DNA of 64,000 bases. Origin: a plasmid. A program made the position numbers and the translations under genes. Of the stretch, positions 17,291 to 29,151 are shown one piece after another. The DNA is taken from sequence record NZ_CP118992.1; one strand, written 5' to 3'. The stretch's first letter is position 1. Each line of letters starts with the position of its first letter. The notes beneath the pieces are model-generated. The model did no database searches. It was given only the letters and a program-made list of their open reading frames with translations, and was not told where the DNA came from.

Positions 17291-17575
17291 ATGGCGATTA
17301 CAAAGAAACCGACGAAGCCAGCGCAAGACGCTACCGCAGCGGCGGCGGATGCCTTCATTTCCGGTGCGCCGGATGCTGCCGCAGCCACCCCGGAAGCTCC
17401 GCGCCGAGTGCGCAAGGGCCGCAAGGTGCAAATCACGCTGACCATTGCCGAGCCGCTGCTGGATCGTGTCGATGAACTGGCGGGCCAAATTGGGCAGAGC
17501 CGGGCGGCTGTCATCAATCTGGCTGTGATGCAGATGCTCCAGAGCGGGCTACGCATCGAGGGCGAGGAACGATAA
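17291..17575 (+). CDS. ribbon-helix-helix partition protein (ParG/CopG-like) partner of ParA
   Basis: 94 aa. Flexible Ala-rich N-terminus, then KGRKVQITLTIAEPLLDRVDELAGQIGQSRAAVINLAV, an RHH pattern. Immediately downstream of parA. Confidence 0.65.
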   Translation: MAITKKPTKPAQDATAAAADAFISGAPDAAAATPEAPRRVRKGRKVQITLTIAEPLLDRVDELAGQIGQSRAAVINLAVMQMLQSGLRIEGEER

Positions 17576-17590
17576 AGAGGGGATGGGGCT

Positions 17591-18274
17591 ATGGCCACCA
17601 ACGATCAAGAGATTTGGGTATCAGCGTTCGATGTTCTCATCGCCCAGCTTGATGAAGCTCTCATTGAGTTGCGCCGGTCGCTTGCCAGCGTAGCCATAGA
17701 GCACGGTGTCGATAGCCCACAGGTTACGGGAGTCCGGGCGCAGATCGACGAAGCCACCGCGAAGCGCGAGAAGGCGCAGGCCGAGCGGCAGCGCGTCATG
17801 GCCCAGCTTGCCGCCGGTGTGTCTGTTGCCGTCACTGCCGAAAAGCCCAAGCGCAAACAGCCGGGCATCCTGACGCAATCCGACCTCAAGCTGATTGAGG
17901 CATCGGTGGAGATTATGAGCACGCCGCCTGATGGTGAGGACATGGCCTTTACCCATTCGGTGCTGTGCCAAGTCGGCCTGCCGCGCTCCAAGTTCGATGG
18001 CCGCGAGTTCATGCGCCAATCCGGCGCGGCGTGGATCAACGTTCAGGCGGGGTGGCTGGATGAGGGCAAAGGGCCGGTGCAGCAGCCCGTCCCATATGGC
18101 CCTTTGCCACGCTTGGCGCTGGCGTGGATCGCCACGCAGGCCGTGCGTACCAAAGAGCGTGAAATTGCCATCGGCAGCAGCGCAAGCGAGTTTCTGCGGC
18201 TGCTGGGCAAGCCCTCCACTGGCGGGGTGCGCGGATCGTTTGCCACTCTGCGGAAGCAGATGCAGGGGGTGTAA
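17591..18274 (+). pseudogene. RepA-like plasmid replication initiator, N-terminal part, truncated by Tn3-family IR
   Basis: ...PYGPLPRLALAWIATQAVRTKEREIAIGSSASEFLRLLG... matches the PYG..RL.L.Y....V...EI.FG.S...FL..LG pattern of RepA-type initiators. Its stop codon lies within the transposon IR (18265-). Confidence 0.55.
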
Positions 18275-18454
18275 GCCCAAACCGCCGAAAATTCCGCCAC
18301 GCCAAATCTAGGGCTCAGAGAGTGCCCCCGCCGACGTGGATATCAGGGTCGGTGCTCTTGACCAAAGTCAGCAGAATGTAACACCGTCAGTTTATGCCTG
18401 CTTAAGGCCGGATTGCTGCCATTCGGTTTTCGTGGCCAACGGGCAGGACCCGAC

Positions 18455-20148
18455 CGAGGCCGTGTGAAAACGAGTGAACTCTGATTGCGCTCTGTGGTCT
18501 ATGCATAAGACATAGATGCGGAGGCTGGGGATGAAGCGATTCATTGAAGGCGAAAGTCGAAACCAGATCACCTTGATGCCAGCCTGCCTGGACGACTATA
18601 TCGACACTGACAATCCCGTGCGCGTCATTGATTTGTTTGTCGACGAACTTGATCTGGTCGAACTGGGATTTGACGGTACGGTCGCTGCGGCGACGGGACG
18701 GCCGGGTTACCATCCCGCGCTGTTGCTGAAGATCTACATCTATGGTTACCTGAACCGAATTCAATCGAGCCGGCGCCTGGAGCGCGAAACGCAGCGCAAT
18801 GTTGAATTGATGTGGCTCACGGGACATCTGTCTCCGGACTTCAAGACCATTGCCGACTTCCGTCACGACAACGGCAAAGGCATCCGTAACGTGTGCAAGC
18901 GGTTTGTGGCCCTCTGTCGCCAACTCAACCTGTTCAGCCAAGCGGTCGTGGCCATCGATGGCAGCAAATTCAAAGCCGTCAATAACCGGGACAAGAACTT
19001 CACGCCGCACAAACTCGAACAGCGGATGAAGCAGATTGATGAAAGCATCGAGCGCTATCTGAATGCCCTGGACACGGCCGACCGGACGCAACCGGCTGAT
19101 CTTGAAGCGAGAACCGCGCACTTGCAAGAGAAGCTGGACAAGCTCAGGAAACAGATGCACTACCTGCGGGACATTGAGCAACAATTGAAACAGCAACCGG
19201 ATCAGCAACTGTCACAAACCGACCCGGATGCTCGCTCGATGGCCACCAGTGGCCGCGGTACTGGCATGGTCGGCTACAACGTCCAAACCTCTGTCGAGAT
19301 CCAGCATCACTTGATCGTCGCCCATGAAGTCACGAATCTAGGGTATGACCGAACGCAACTCGCCAAGATGGCCTTGCAATCACGCGAAGCGCTCGCGGTT
19401 GAGAACATCGAAGCCATCGCCGACCGGGGTTATTACAAGGGACCGGAAATATTGAAGTGTGTCGAGGCGGGAATCACGCCCTCGGTGCCAAAGACCATGA
19501 CCAGCAACAACAAAGCCAAAGGGTTATACGACAAACGTGATTTCGTCTATGTCGCGCAGGACAACGAATATCTTTGTCCTGCAGGGAAGCAGCTGATCTA
19601 TCGTCACTCCTCGCTGAAGGATGGGATGAGAATTGATGATTACTACGCTTCGTACTTAACCTGCCAGCAGTGTGCGCTGAAAGCACAGTGCACTACCGGC
19701 AAGGAACGGCGGGTAAAGCGATGGGAACATGAAGGCGTCCTTGACGCCATGCAGGATCGCCTGGACCGGAACCCAGGGAAGATGAAACAACGACGGTGTA
19801 CCGTCGAGCATGTCTTCGGAACACTGAAGTTCTGGATGGGGTCGGCGCATTTCTTGATGAAAACCCTCAAACATGTGAGCACGGAAGTGAGCTTGCACGT
19901 GCTGGCCTACAACCTTCGGCGAGTCATCAACATTCTCGGTGTTGAGAAACTCATGAGATCGATACGGTTACTTGCCGTTTAAGGTCAGGTGGCCTTTTTT
20001 ACGGCTCGATTTGACCGTACTCTAAGGCGATTAGGACCCTCAGTTTCGATCTCAGAAAGCTGTCGGCCTCGATTTGATCAACAACGGGTAAAACACGCGC
20101 TCAAGCGCGCGGCGAACGGTAACTCAATTGCGTTTCCACACGGCCTCG
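18455..20148 (+). mobile_element. IS1182-like (IS5-superfamily) insertion sequence nested in the transposon
   Basis: Imperfect terminal inverted repeats CGAGGCCGTGTG(A/G)AAACG at 18455 and 20148 (reverse complement). Single 488-aa transposase. Confidence 0.65.
18516..19982 (+). CDS. IS1182-like family DDE transposase (488 aa)
   Basis: MKRFIEGESRNQITLMPACLDDYI... N-terminus and DDE region typical of IS1182/IS5-superfamily transposases. Confidence 0.8.
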   Translation: MRRLGMKRFIEGESRNQITLMPACLDDYIDTDNPVRVIDLFVDELDLVELGFDGTVAAATGRPGYHPALLLKIYIYGYLNRIQSSRRLERETQRNVELMWLTGHLSPDFKTIADFRHDNGKGIRNVCKRFVALCRQLNLFSQAVVAIDGSKFKAVNNRDKNFTPHKLEQRMKQIDESIERYLNALDTADRTQPADLEARTAHLQEKLDKLRKQMHYLRDIEQQLKQQPDQQLSQTDPDARSMATSGRGTGMVGYNVQTSVEIQHHLIVAHEVTNLGYDRTQLAKMALQSREALAVENIEAIADRGYYKGPEILKCVEAGITPSVPKTMTSNNKAKGLYDKRDFVYVAQDNEYLCPAGKQLIYRHSSLKDGMRIDDYYASYLTCQQCALKAQCTTGKERRVKRWEHEGVLDAMQDRLDRNPGKMKQRRCTVEHVFGTLKFWMGSAHFLMKTLKHVSTEVSLHVLAYNLRRVINILGVEKLMRSIRLLAV

Positions 20149-20502
20149 ACCCAAAGGCGACATCCCAGAGAAATGGGAGCAGCCATTCGCCGCTCGGGAA
20201 AGCGGATCGAAAGCGGCCGCTCACGAGGCCAACTCCGGATTCATGAATGAACATGCGGTAGTGCAGCTCAGACTGTTGACCCCAAGAAACAACTGGGCAA
20301 CATTTCCCTGGCGATACCAGAAACCTGTCAGTTGTTTCTGAGGAAGGGAGGGCGAGTCAATCCGTATAACGTTTTGCCATATAATGGCATCTATGCGTTT
20401 AGTCTAGTAATTACTGGACATTACTGGATTCCACTTACGTAGCAAACGCCATTGCCGTACTATCCCAACTCAATTTCCTTGAAACACTTTTGCAAAGCCA
20501 CC

Positions 20503-22113
20503 ATGACTATTCGACGTCTGATTTCACTTTTCACCCTGGCGACACTTGTCTTGTTGAGCGTACTCATCTTTACGCTCTGGTCAGGCTTCCGAAATGCACT
20601 GGAAACTTCACGTGACGAGAACACCGTCGCACTGCCGGCTTTGGTGTCAATGCTGGAAACGCGTTTCAACGTGGTTCAGGTCCAGCAGTTCCTTACCGAT
20701 GTCTCGGCGACCGGTGAGTCCGACGGCTTCAAGGAAGCCAAGACAGCCTACGATGAAGCGATCAAGGATCTGGATAACATCGCCCGGCTCCAACCAAAGC
20801 TTGCCGACCAGGCGGCCAAGGCGAAAGACAGCTTAGGCAAGTTCCATACGTTCGGCATCGAAATGGCCAAGGCCTACAACAGCGGTGGTCAGGAAGCAGG
20901 CAACGCGCTGATGAAGCGCCCCAATGATGGTTTCGACGCTCTGGCGGAACGGCTGACCGGCCAGCTTGAGAGTCTGGAGAAAACCGTTCGCGAGCACATG
21001 GCGGAATCCGCAAGCATTGCGGAAACCGGAATCCAGCGGGCGCAGGGCACAAGTACCGGGCTCGGCGTCGCCATCGGTGTGCTGATGCTGCTATCGGGTT
21101 TCATGCTCTACCGGTCGCTGATCCGGACACTCGGCGGCGAACCCGTGGAGGCTGCAAGGATTACGCAACGCATCGCCGGTGGCGACCTCACCCACGAAAT
21201 CAGAATCCGCCCCGGTGATCAGCACAGCCTGCTGGCGGCGATCCGGGCCATGCAGGAGAGTCTGCGCACGATCATACGCGGCATCGGCGAGTCAGCCGAC
21301 ACGCTGACCGCTTCGGCGCACGAGATCTCGCTCGCCGCCAATCAGGTCGCGACGGCGGCCCATACCCAAAGCGACAAATCCGCGTCGATGGCCGCGTCGA
21401 TCGAGGAAATGGCGGTGTCAATAACCCATATCACCGAAAGCGCCAGCGGGGCACATCAGAGCGCGGTCGATGCGCGGAGCCTTTCCGATGTCGGCGAAGC
21501 CGCGGTGGATGAGGCGATTGCCGAAATGGACGGAATTTCTGCAGCGGTGATGAGCACGGCCGAGTCGGTGAAGGTGCTCGGCGATCGCTCGGAGCAGATT
21601 TCAAAAATCGTCGATGTGATCCGTGAAATTGCCGACCAGACCAATCTTCTCGCCTTGAACGCGGCCATTGAGGCGGCGCGAGCGGGCGAGCAGGGGCGCG
21701 GCTTCGCGGTCGTCGCTGACGAAGTGCGCAAACTCGCCGAACGCACGACCAAGGCGACCAGCGAAATCAAGGCAACGGTCGATTCCGTGCGTGAGGGCAC
21801 CGTCAGGGTGGTCAACGAAATGGCCGGCGGCAGTGACCGTACACGAGCCGGAGTGGTGATGATCCGGCGCGCCGGCGAAACGATGGGCAAGATTCAGGAC
21901 GGCGTGGGCCAGATGATGAGCGCGGCCGAGGAGATATCCGCGTCGCTGCGCGAGCAGAACACGGCCAATCACGACATCGCCCGCAATGTCGAAGGCATTG
22001 CCCAGATGACCGAGGAAACCAGCGCCGTGGTCCGTTCGGTCGCCAAGTCGGCCGAACACCTCGAAAAGCTGTCCGTTTCAATGAGCGAGTCGGTGCATAA
22101 GTTCCGGATCTGA
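20503..22113 (+). CDS. methyl-accepting chemotaxis protein (4HB-type periplasmic domain, HAMP, MCP signalling domain)
   Basis: Start at [12 protein letters not shown] (TM1), ~160-aa periplasmic domain, TM2, HAMP, then conserved [41 protein letters not shown]. Sits inside the transposon as cargo. Confidence 0.9.
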   Translation: MTIRRLISLFTLATLVLLSVLIFTLWSGFRNALETSRDENTVALPALVSMLETRFNVVQVQQFLTDVSATGESDGFKEAKTAYDEAIKDLDNIARLQPKLADQAAKAKDSLGKFHTFGIEMAKAYNSGGQEAGNALMKRPNDGFDALAERLTGQLESLEKTVREHMAESASIAETGIQRAQGTSTGLGVAIGVLMLLSGFMLYRSLIRTLGGEPVEAARITQRIAGGDLTHEIRIRPGDQHSLLAAIRAMQESLRTIIRGIGESADTLTASAHEISLAANQVATAAHTQSDKSASMAASIEEMAVSITHITESASGAHQSAVDARSLSDVGEAAVDEAIAEMDGISAAVMSTAESVKVLGDRSEQISKIVDVIREIADQTNLLALNAAIEAARAGEQGRGFAVVADEVRKLAERTTKATSEIKATVDSVREGTVRVVNEMAGGSDRTRAGVVMIRRAGETMGKIQDGVGQMMSAAEEISASLREQNTANHDIARNVEGIAQMTEETSAVVRSVAKSAEHLEKLSVSMSESVHKFRI

Positions 22114-22313
22114 CGCTTATCGCTTCTTTGATGCCCTCCAGTGGAAAGATTGGGCAACACAGGTTCAACGACTGCATACAGGTAAGTAATCCAAGGCAAC
22201 GGCGGCTTTAGAGGAAATTTTTCACCGGCCGGTTATGGCCGGCTGCACTCATTGGGATTTTAAACCTGAACGGCAGCCCTATGATGCAAAGGAGCCGTTC
22301 AACTCAATACGGA

Positions 22314-23141
22314 TCACCGCTCTGGCAGCTTACCCAGTTGCTTGATGACGCCGATGCCAACCAAGGAGCGCATCTGCGTGATCGCGATGGCGTTTAATTG
22401 CGTCAATCGCTCCGGCGCTGAAAGCCCTTGATGGATCAGGACCGCGTTGATGCTCTCCATATTGGATAGCACGACCAATTGCTCCAGGGTCGCGATATCA
22501 CGCATGTTGCCGGTTTGGTCGGGATTGGCTTGCCGCCATTGAGTGGCCGTCATCCCAAACAGTGCGACGTTGAGTAGATCGGCTTCGCTGGCATAGACGG
22601 TGGCGGTTTGCGTTTTGGTTAGTTGCGGCGGAATCAGGCGTTCCTTGATGGCGTCCGTGTGAATACGGTAGTTGACCTTGGACAGCGTGCGCTGGAAATT
22701 CCATTCCAGCGAAATGGCTCGCGCTTCTTCATCCTTGAGGCGCTGAAATTCCTTGATCAGGTACAGCTTGAACTCGGGGCTGAGCCAAGAACCGAATTCG
22801 AAAGCGATATCCTTGTGGGCATAGGTGCCGCCGCCACGTCCAGCTTTGGCATAGAGACCGATGGCGTCTGTGGTATCGATCCATTTTTTCGGCGACAGTG
22901 AGAAACTGTTCAGACCGGCCTGACTCTTAAACCTCTCGAATTCGAGAGGTTTAAAGGCTGGGTTGTAAATTTGCTCCCATATACCGAGGAACTCTATGGT
23001 GTTGCGGTTCCGCAACCAACTGTAGAGAACGCTTTCATCCCCGAATCGTTTCACCATGTCAGTCAGTGAAATGTAATCCTGTTCGTGACGAGTCGTGATG
23101 GTCACTTCGGCGCCGTGCACCGTAATGCTGCGATTTTTCAT
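22314..23141 (-). CDS. KilA-N domain protein
   Basis: Start MKNRSITVHGAEVTITTRHEQDYISLTDMVKRF... matches the KilA-N DNA-binding domain. 275 aa. Confidence 0.7.
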   Translation of the reverse strand: MKNRSITVHGAEVTITTRHEQDYISLTDMVKRFGDESVLYSWLRNRNTIEFLGIWEQIYNPAFKPLEFERFKSQAGLNSFSLSPKKWIDTTDAIGLYAKAGRGGGTYAHKDIAFEFGSWLSPEFKLYLIKEFQRLKDEEARAISLEWNFQRTLSKVNYRIHTDAIKERLIPPQLTKTQTATVYASEADLLNVALFGMTATQWRQANPDQTGNMRDIATLEQLVVLSNMESINAVLIHQGLSAPERLTQLNAIAITQMRSLVGIGVIKQLGKLPER

Positions 23142-23203
23142 GTTGATGAGTCCAAAGCCTGTCGGAAAACAACTGTTTTGCGACAGGCACCGTTCGGCTA
23201 CCA

Positions 23204-23294
23204 AAATCGCGTATTAACCCCGCCAAAAAATATGCGGAAAACAATGCCGCTATGGTATAGCATACGGAAATCATAGGCTATGGGTTTTCCACAC
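23204..23294. promoter_or_regulatory. putative res site of the Tn3-family transposon
   Basis: Inverted repeat TGTCGGAAAACAACTGTTTTGCGACA and further TATGG/CCATA motifs immediately upstream of tnpR. Confidence 0.4.
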
Positions 23295-23888
23295 ATGCTT
23301 GTCGGCTACATGCGCGTCTCTTCCGACTCTGATCGACAAACCACGGATCTACAACGCGATGCCCTGTTGGCGGCAGGCGTTGATGCGCGCCACCTATTCG
23401 AGGATCGCGCGTCCGGCGCCAAGGATGATCGTCCGGGGTTGGCCAAGGCGCTGGCGTTTGTTCAACCTGACGATGTTCTTGTCGTCTGGAAGCTGGACAG
23501 GCTTGGCCGCTCGCTGTCGCATCTGCTCACCATCGTTGACACGTTGCGGGAGCGGCAGGTCGCTTTTCGTTCGCTCACCGAAGGCATGGATACCACCACG
23601 CCATCGGGCGAGCTATTGTTTCAGGTGTTCGGTGCGCTTGCGCAGTACGAACGCGCCCTGACCCGAGAAAGGGTAATAGCCGGACTGGCGGCCGCCAAGC
23701 GACGGGGCCGACTCGGTGGCCGGCCACCGGCGATCATCGGCGAGAAACTGGACACCATCGTCGCCGCGCTGAATGGCGGCATGTCCAAGGCGGCTGTGTG
23801 CCGCAACTTTGGCGTCAAGCGCACCACGCTGATCGAAACCCTTGCCCGAGTTGGCTGGCCAAGTGCTGAGAAGATGCCGCAACGATGA
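23295..23888 (+). CDS. tnpR: serine recombinase resolvase
   Basis: MLVGYMRVSS...; catalytic Ser motif YMRVSS; C-terminal HTH. Overlaps tnpA start by 4 bp. Confidence 0.9.
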   Translation: MLVGYMRVSSDSDRQTTDLQRDALLAAGVDARHLFEDRASGAKDDRPGLAKALAFVQPDDVLVVWKLDRLGRSLSHLLTIVDTLRERQVAFRSLTEGMDTTTPSGELLFQVFGALAQYERALTRERVIAGLAAAKRRGRLGGRPPAIIGEKLDTIVAALNGGMSKAAVCRNFGVKRTTLIETLARVGWPSAEKMPQR

Positions 23889-26800
23889 GGCGTAAAAGCG
23901 AGCGGCTAACCGTTCTTTCGGAGGCCGAGCAATTCGCCCTGTACGGCATGCCTGACTTCGATGATGGACAGCAACAGGAGTATCTATCACTGACCGAGGC
24001 GGAACTGGCGCTCGCCTGCAGTCGTCCTGGTTTGCATGCCCAAGCTTACTGCGCTTTGCAGATCGGCTACTTCAAAGCCAAGCATGCCTTCTTCCGCTTT
24101 ACTTGGGACGACGCGCCGGACGATTGCGCCTTCGTCCTGACTCGCTATTTCAACGATCAGGCGTTCGAGCCGCACACGATCACCAAGCACGAGCGCTACG
24201 CGCAACGAACTCTGATTGCGAAGCTATTCGGCTACCGGCTATGGTCGACGGACTCCCTGCCACAACTCGTGCAACAAGCCAATCAGATCGTTCGGCGTGA
24301 CATCACGCCCGGCTTCATCGTGGCCGAGTTGATCGTCTATCTCAACGAGCACAAGATCGTCCGGCCCGGCCTCACCACGTTGCAGGAACTGATCAGCGAA
24401 GCATTGTCCGCCGAACGCCGACGCTTGGGTGTGCTACTCGATGAGGTACTGGACGGCGAGGCCAAGGCCGCGCTGGCTCAACTTCTGGTGCGCGACGACA
24501 CCCTGTCGGAGCTGGCGGCTCTCAAGCAGGATGCCAAAAGCTTCGGCTGGCGACAAATGGCGCAGGAGCGGGAGAAGCGTGCCAAGCTGGAACCGTTATA
24601 CCGAATTGCCAAGACGCTGTTGGCCAGGTTGGCGATCTCGCAGCAGAATCTGCACTATTACGCGAGCCTGGCCAATTTTTACACTGTCTACGACCTTCGC
24701 CGCCTCAAACCCGAGCAGACCAACTTGTATCTGCTGTGCTACGCCTGGCAGCGTTATCGACAGTTTACCGATAATCTCGTAGATGCCTTGGGCTACCACA
24801 TGAAGCAGCTCGAAGACGAGAGCAAGGCGCGGTCGAATAAGCTCTTCGTCACGGAACAGATCCGTCGGCAACAGGAAACGCCGCGAGTCGGACGTTTGCT
24901 GTTGCTCTACGTCGACGACACGGTGGCCGATGTCACGCCTTTCGGCGACGTGCGCCAGCGTGCGTTCAAGATCATGCCGAAGGAGGCGCTGCAAATGACC
25001 GGCCAACGCCTCAGCGTGAAGCCCGCGAGCAAGCTGGCCCTGCGCTGGCAGACCGTTGACGGTTTGGCCGAACGCATCCGGCGCCACGTGCGGCCACTCT
25101 ACGGGGCGCTTGAATTCTCCGGGGTCGTGCCGGATAACCCGTGGCTTGGGGCGCTCGCCTGGGTGAAGGGTGTATTCGCGAAACAGCAGCGACTGTCACA
25201 CCGTCCTCTGGCCGAATGCCCCGAGGCCACCCTGCCCAAGCGTCTGCGTCCCTATCTATTGATATTCGACGCGGACGGGAAGCCCTTGGGCTTACATGCC
25301 GACCGCTATGAGTTCTGGCTTTACCGCCAACTCAGAAAACGCTTCAAGGCTGGAGAGATCTATCTGGACGACAGTCTGCAGCACCGCTGCTTTACTGACG
25401 AGCTGGTCTCCCTTGAGGAGAAGGCCAGCGTGCTCGGCCAGATGGACATTCCCTGGCTGCGCCAGCCCATCGGAGCGCAACTTGACGCGCTGAAGGCCGA
25501 ACTCCACGAACAGTGGCTGGCGTTCAACCGTGAGTTGCGCCAAGGGAAGTTGAAGCATCTCGACTACGATAGCGAGCGCAAGACGCTGACCTGGCGCCGA
25601 CCCAAGGCCGACAACGATACCGCCAAACAGAACCGCTTCTATGATCAATTGTCGTTCTGCGATGTCGGTGACGTGTTCCGCTTTGTGAACGGGCAATGCC
25701 AGTTCCTGTCGGCGCTGACACCGCTGCAACCGCGCTACGTCAAGCAGGTCGCCGATTCGGACAGTCTGATGGCCGGTATCATCGCCCAGGCGATGAACCA
25801 CGGCAACCTCGTCATGTCGCGCACCAGTGATATTCCCTACCACGTGCTGGAGACGACCTACCAACAGTATCTGCGCCAGGCATCGCTGCAGGCGGCCAAC
25901 GACCGGATCAGCAATGGCATTGCCGACTTGCCCATCTTCCCGCACTATTCCTTCGACCTTGGTGGAGCACTCTACGGCAGCGTCGATGGTCAGAAGTTCG
26001 GCGTGGAGCGACCGACCGTCAAGGCGCGGCATTCGCGTAAGTATTTCGGTCGTGGTAAAGGGGTCGTCGCCTACACCCTGCTGTGTAACCATGTGCCGCT
26101 GCAAAGTTGGATCATCGGCGCGCATGAGTTCGAGGCGCATCACGTGTTCGACATTTGGTACCGCAACACGTCCGATATCGTGCCAACCACGATTACCGGT
26201 GACATGCACAGCGTCAACAAGGCGAACTTCGCCATCCTGTATTGGTTTGGTCTACGCTTCGAGCCGCGTTTCACCGATCTGGAAGAGCAACTGAAAGAAC
26301 TCTACTGCGCCGATGATCCGGCGCTGTACGAAAAATGCCTGATTCGCCCGGTCGGCCAGATCAACCTGCCCGCCGTCATTGATGAGAAAAGCAACATTGA
26401 TCAGATCGTGGCCACGCTAGGCCTCAAAGAGATGACGCAGGGCACACTGATCCGCAAGCTGTGCACCTACTCCGCATCGAACCCAACGCGGCAAGCCATA
26501 TTCGAGTTCGACAAGCTGATTCGCAGCATCTACACGTTGCGCTATTTGCGTGATCCTCAGTTGGAGCGCAACGTCCACCGCTCGCAGAATCGCATCGAGT
26601 CCTACCACCAGCTGCGTTCAGCCATCGCTCAGGTCGGCGGCAAGAAGGAATTGACCGGCCAGACCGACATCGAAGTCGAAATCAGCAACCAGTGCGCGCG
26701 GCTGATCGCCAACGCCATCATCTACTACAACTCGGCGATCCTTTCGCGGCTGTTGACCAAGTGTGAAACCAGCGGAAACGAGAAAGCCCTCGCCCTGCTC

Positions 26801-26917
26801 AAGAAGATTTCGCCGGCAGCGTGGCGCCATATTCACCTGAACGGGCACTATACCTTTCACGGCGATGGTCAGATTATCGATCTGGATGCGATCGTGGCGG
26901 GGCTGGAATTGGGTTGA
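23885..26917 (+). CDS. tnpA: Tn3-family transposase (1010 aa)
   Basis: N-terminal DUF4158-like [27 protein letters not shown]... and C-terminal DDE region with a conserved C-terminus ending ...[12 protein letters not shown]. Stops 32 bp before the IR end. Confidence 0.9.
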   Translation: MRRKSERLTVLSEAEQFALYGMPDFDDGQQQEYLSLTEAELALACSRPGLHAQAYCALQIGYFKAKHAFFRFTWDDAPDDCAFVLTRYFNDQAFEPHTITKHERYAQRTLIAKLFGYRLWSTDSLPQLVQQANQIVRRDITPGFIVAELIVYLNEHKIVRPGLTTLQELISEALSAERRRLGVLLDEVLDGEAKAALAQLLVRDDTLSELAALKQDAKSFGWRQMAQEREKRAKLEPLYRIAKTLLARLAISQQNLHYYASLANFYTVYDLRRLKPEQTNLYLLCYAWQRYRQFTDNLVDALGYHMKQLEDESKARSNKLFVTEQIRRQQETPRVGRLLLLYVDDTVADVTPFGDVRQRAFKIMPKEALQMTGQRLSVKPASKLALRWQTVDGLAERIRRHVRPLYGALEFSGVVPDNPWLGALAWVKGVFAKQQRLSHRPLAECPEATLPKRLRPYLLIFDADGKPLGLHADRYEFWLYRQLRKRFKAGEIYLDDSLQHRCFTDELVSLEEKASVLGQMDIPWLRQPIGAQLDALKAELHEQWLAFNRELRQGKLKHLDYDSERKTLTWRRPKADNDTAKQNRFYDQLSFCDVGDVFRFVNGQCQFLSALTPLQPRYVKQVADSDSLMAGIIAQAMNHGNLVMSRTSDIPYHVLETTYQQYLRQASLQAANDRISNGIADLPIFPHYSFDLGGALYGSVDGQKFGVERPTVKARHSRKYFGRGKGVVAYTLLCNHVPLQSWIIGAHEFEAHHVFDIWYRNTSDIVPTTITGDMHSVNKANFAILYWFGLRFEPRFTDLEEQLKELYCADDPALYEKCLIRPVGQINLPAVIDEKSNIDQIVATLGLKEMTQGTLIRKLCTYSASNPTRQAIFEFDKLIRSIYTLRYLRDPQLERNVHRSQNRIESYHQLRSAIAQVGGKKELTGQTDIEVEISNQCARLIANAIIYYNSAILSRLLTKCETSGNEKALALLKKISPAAWRHIHLNGHYTFHGDGQIIDLDAIVAGLELG

Positions 26918-28854
26918 CGGAATTTTCGGCGGTTTGGGCTTACCCCCCCATAATTCCGCTCCGACATCTGCGCGATGTTTTCGACACTCTTGGCGACCTC
27001 ATTATTCGCATAGCTTTGCTCGCGAAGCGAGGTGGAAATGCCATCGATTGCTGCCAGAACATTGTCGGTGCTGCCATGAATAGTCGCCATGGAATTCCCC
27101 GTATTTCTAACGAGTTCCATGCCCTCATTGACCATAACAGTTCCTTGCACCATGCTTTCCACCGCCTGCATCGTGCCGTTGCGTATCGCTTCGATCATGG
27201 TGGCGATGTCCTGGGTGGAGAGTTTCGTGCGTTCGGCCAGCTTTCGCACCTCGTCGGCGACCACGGCAAAGCCTCGCCCCTGCTCCCCAGCCCGTGCAGC
27301 TTCGATGGCCGCGTTGAGCGCCAGCAGATTGGTCTGGTCGGCAATCTTCTTGATGACATTGACGATATCCGCAATCTTGTGGGATTGCTCGTCAAGGGCT
27401 TGCATGAAATTCGATGACTGATTGACGTTTTCGACGATCTTGTTCATTTCAGCGACCGTTTTCTGGGCAAACAGCTCCCCTTCTTCGGCCATCTGCTTTG
27501 AATCAATTGCACTCTTGTTTACGTCCACCGTATTGTCCGATATGTGGCCGATGCTGACCGTCATCTCTTCGACCGTCGCCGCGACAGCCGCTGCGGCATC
27601 TGTCTGCTGGTTAGTTGCCTCATGCACTTGATGCGATGAGGCCGACAATTGCTTGGCGAAACCAGCCAGTTGAACCGTCGCTACGACGATTTGTTCGACC
27701 ATTTCACGCAACCCGTCCTGCATCGACTTCATAGAAGCCAGAAGGCTTGTCGTATCGTTGGACTGGAGGTTGATCGTTGCCGACAGATCGCCTTTGGCTA
27801 TTCTCCGGGCAACCCCGGAGGCGTACTCGGGCTCTCCACCCAACGTTTCTAGCAGGTTGCGGACAATGGCAAAGCAAATCCACAGGGTCAGGCCGACAGC
27901 TACCAGAAGCAGGCTGGCGTACGAAACGAATGCATCACGATCTGCATCCATATTCGCGTGGATTTCCTGCTGGATATCCTTTGTGTAGCTTTCCTCGACC
28001 GTCCTCAGCAGGTCAATTTTTGCAGTGATTTTGGCAAACCAGTCCTCCGGGGAATAGACCAGCTCGGCATTTGCACCCTTGTCCTTGACCATCTGTTCGA
28101 TGGTGCCCACTTCCTTGAAAATCGGCTCGGCTAGCTTGGCACGCAGTAGTTTTTCCTGATCCGGCGTGGCGTACCCGATGGCCAGGCGCAAATAGGTGGC
28201 CTGATCGTTGATCAGACTCTGAAAAGTGCTGAATTGTTCAGAAGTCAGGCGCCCGGCGCTGAAGCCGCCGGCTACCAATCCCCGCTCCTGACTGTTGCGT
28301 TCCTTCAAGAACAATACTGCCTGTTTGGCATTCGACAGGCGTGACAGTTTCGATGACGGCATCTGGTTTCCGGTACGCAGCACGATTTCCAGTAACTGCG
28401 AAATCGTCTCGCTGTAGAAGCGGAAGGACTCACCGGGTTCAAGCGAGAGACGTGTTATCTGTTCGCGTTTTTTTTCGAGTTCGGCCAAAGGCGCGCTCAC
28501 CGTTGCAAGAAGCTTGATATAGCGCGGCCCGACCATGGACGCGTCGATACGCCGGATGCTTTCATTCAGACGAGAGATGGCGGTATCAGAAAGCTTGCGC
28601 TGCGCCGTGAGGTTCTCGGCAAATTTTCCGCCCTTGCTGTTGAGGAAGCCGGAGCTCATGCCGCGCTCCTTCTGTAGCTCATGCACTGTTTCACCCAACT
28701 CGACGACCAGGCTGACCAGAGATTCTGCCTGAACACGAGACTGATAATCTGAGTACTTGTTCCAGGCTCCGCTTAGGCCAAGGACCAACATGACCGTAAT
28801 CGGCACGGTGGCGATCAGCAACAAACGGCTTTTCAAACTCGTCTTTTCAAACAT
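26869..28854 (-). CDS. methyl-accepting chemotaxis protein with periplasmic NIT sensor domain; C-terminal 26 aa encoded by transposon IR
   Basis: NIT pattern ...[36 protein letters not shown]... between TM1 and TM2, then HAMP and MCP domain. Tail ...[15 protein letters not shown]... is the translation of the IR (26949 inward), so the native 3' end has been replaced. Confidence 0.85.
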   Translation of the reverse strand: MFEKTSLKSRLLLIATVPITVMLVLGLSGAWNKYSDYQSRVQAESLVSLVVELGETVHELQKERGMSSGFLNSKGGKFAENLTAQRKLSDTAISRLNESIRRIDASMVGPRYIKLLATVSAPLAELEKKREQITRLSLEPGESFRFYSETISQLLEIVLRTGNQMPSSKLSRLSNAKQAVLFLKERNSQERGLVAGGFSAGRLTSEQFSTFQSLINDQATYLRLAIGYATPDQEKLLRAKLAEPIFKEVGTIEQMVKDKGANAELVYSPEDWFAKITAKIDLLRTVEESYTKDIQQEIHANMDADRDAFVSYASLLLVAVGLTLWICFAIVRNLLETLGGEPEYASGVARRIAKGDLSATINLQSNDTTSLLASMKSMQDGLREMVEQIVVATVQLAGFAKQLSASSHQVHEATNQQTDAAAAVAATVEEMTVSIGHISDNTVDVNKSAIDSKQMAEEGELFAQKTVAEMNKIVENVNQSSNFMQALDEQSHKIADIVNVIKKIADQTNLLALNAAIEAARAGEQGRGFAVVADEVRKLAERTKLSTQDIATMIEAIRNGTMQAVESMVQGTVMVNEGMELVRNTGNSMATIHGSTDNVLAAIDGISTSLREQSYANNEVAKSVENIAQMSERNYGGVSPNRRKFRQPNSSPATIASRSII

Positions 28855-29151
28855 TCACGTCCCCTGATTGTTCATAAATATTGAGCCAAATTCTAACTGA
28901 TATTCGAGTCTGTCTGCCCGAATTGTGCCGCCGGACGGCGAGCCTGCCACCAAGGCCTCACGTTGCGCCAGCCAGGACGCCGACAACTTGCCGCGAAGCA
29001 ACTGGCTGATGCCCACCTCGAGGTGTCCCATGGCCATTGCTGTAAAACAGCGTACAAACCTTTCCAGATTTCCGGGGTGATCAGCGTCCAATAGTTGCCA
29101 CTGTCATTTTCAGAAGACGACTGCACCAGACAACGCGGTTTGAAGGCTGTT

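Larger units (their letters stand above)
18265..26949 (+). mobile_element. novel Tn3-family transposon copy 1 (~8.7 kb) carrying IS1182-like IS, chemoreceptor, KilA-N protein, tnpR and tnpA
   Basis: Terminal IRs GGGGGTGTAAGCCCAAACCGCCGAAAATTCCGCC at 18265 and (reverse complement) GGGGGGGTAAGCCCAAACCGCCGAAAATTCCGTC ending 26949. Identical inverted copy at 44958-59698. Flanks ATGCA and ATAAT, so no TSD. Confidence 0.85.

Noticed and set aside
22123-22313. Hairpin CCGGCCGGTTATGGCCGG between the convergent chemoreceptor and KilA-N genes as a bidirectional terminator
   Set aside because: Short stem, no T-run on either strand; plausible but weak.
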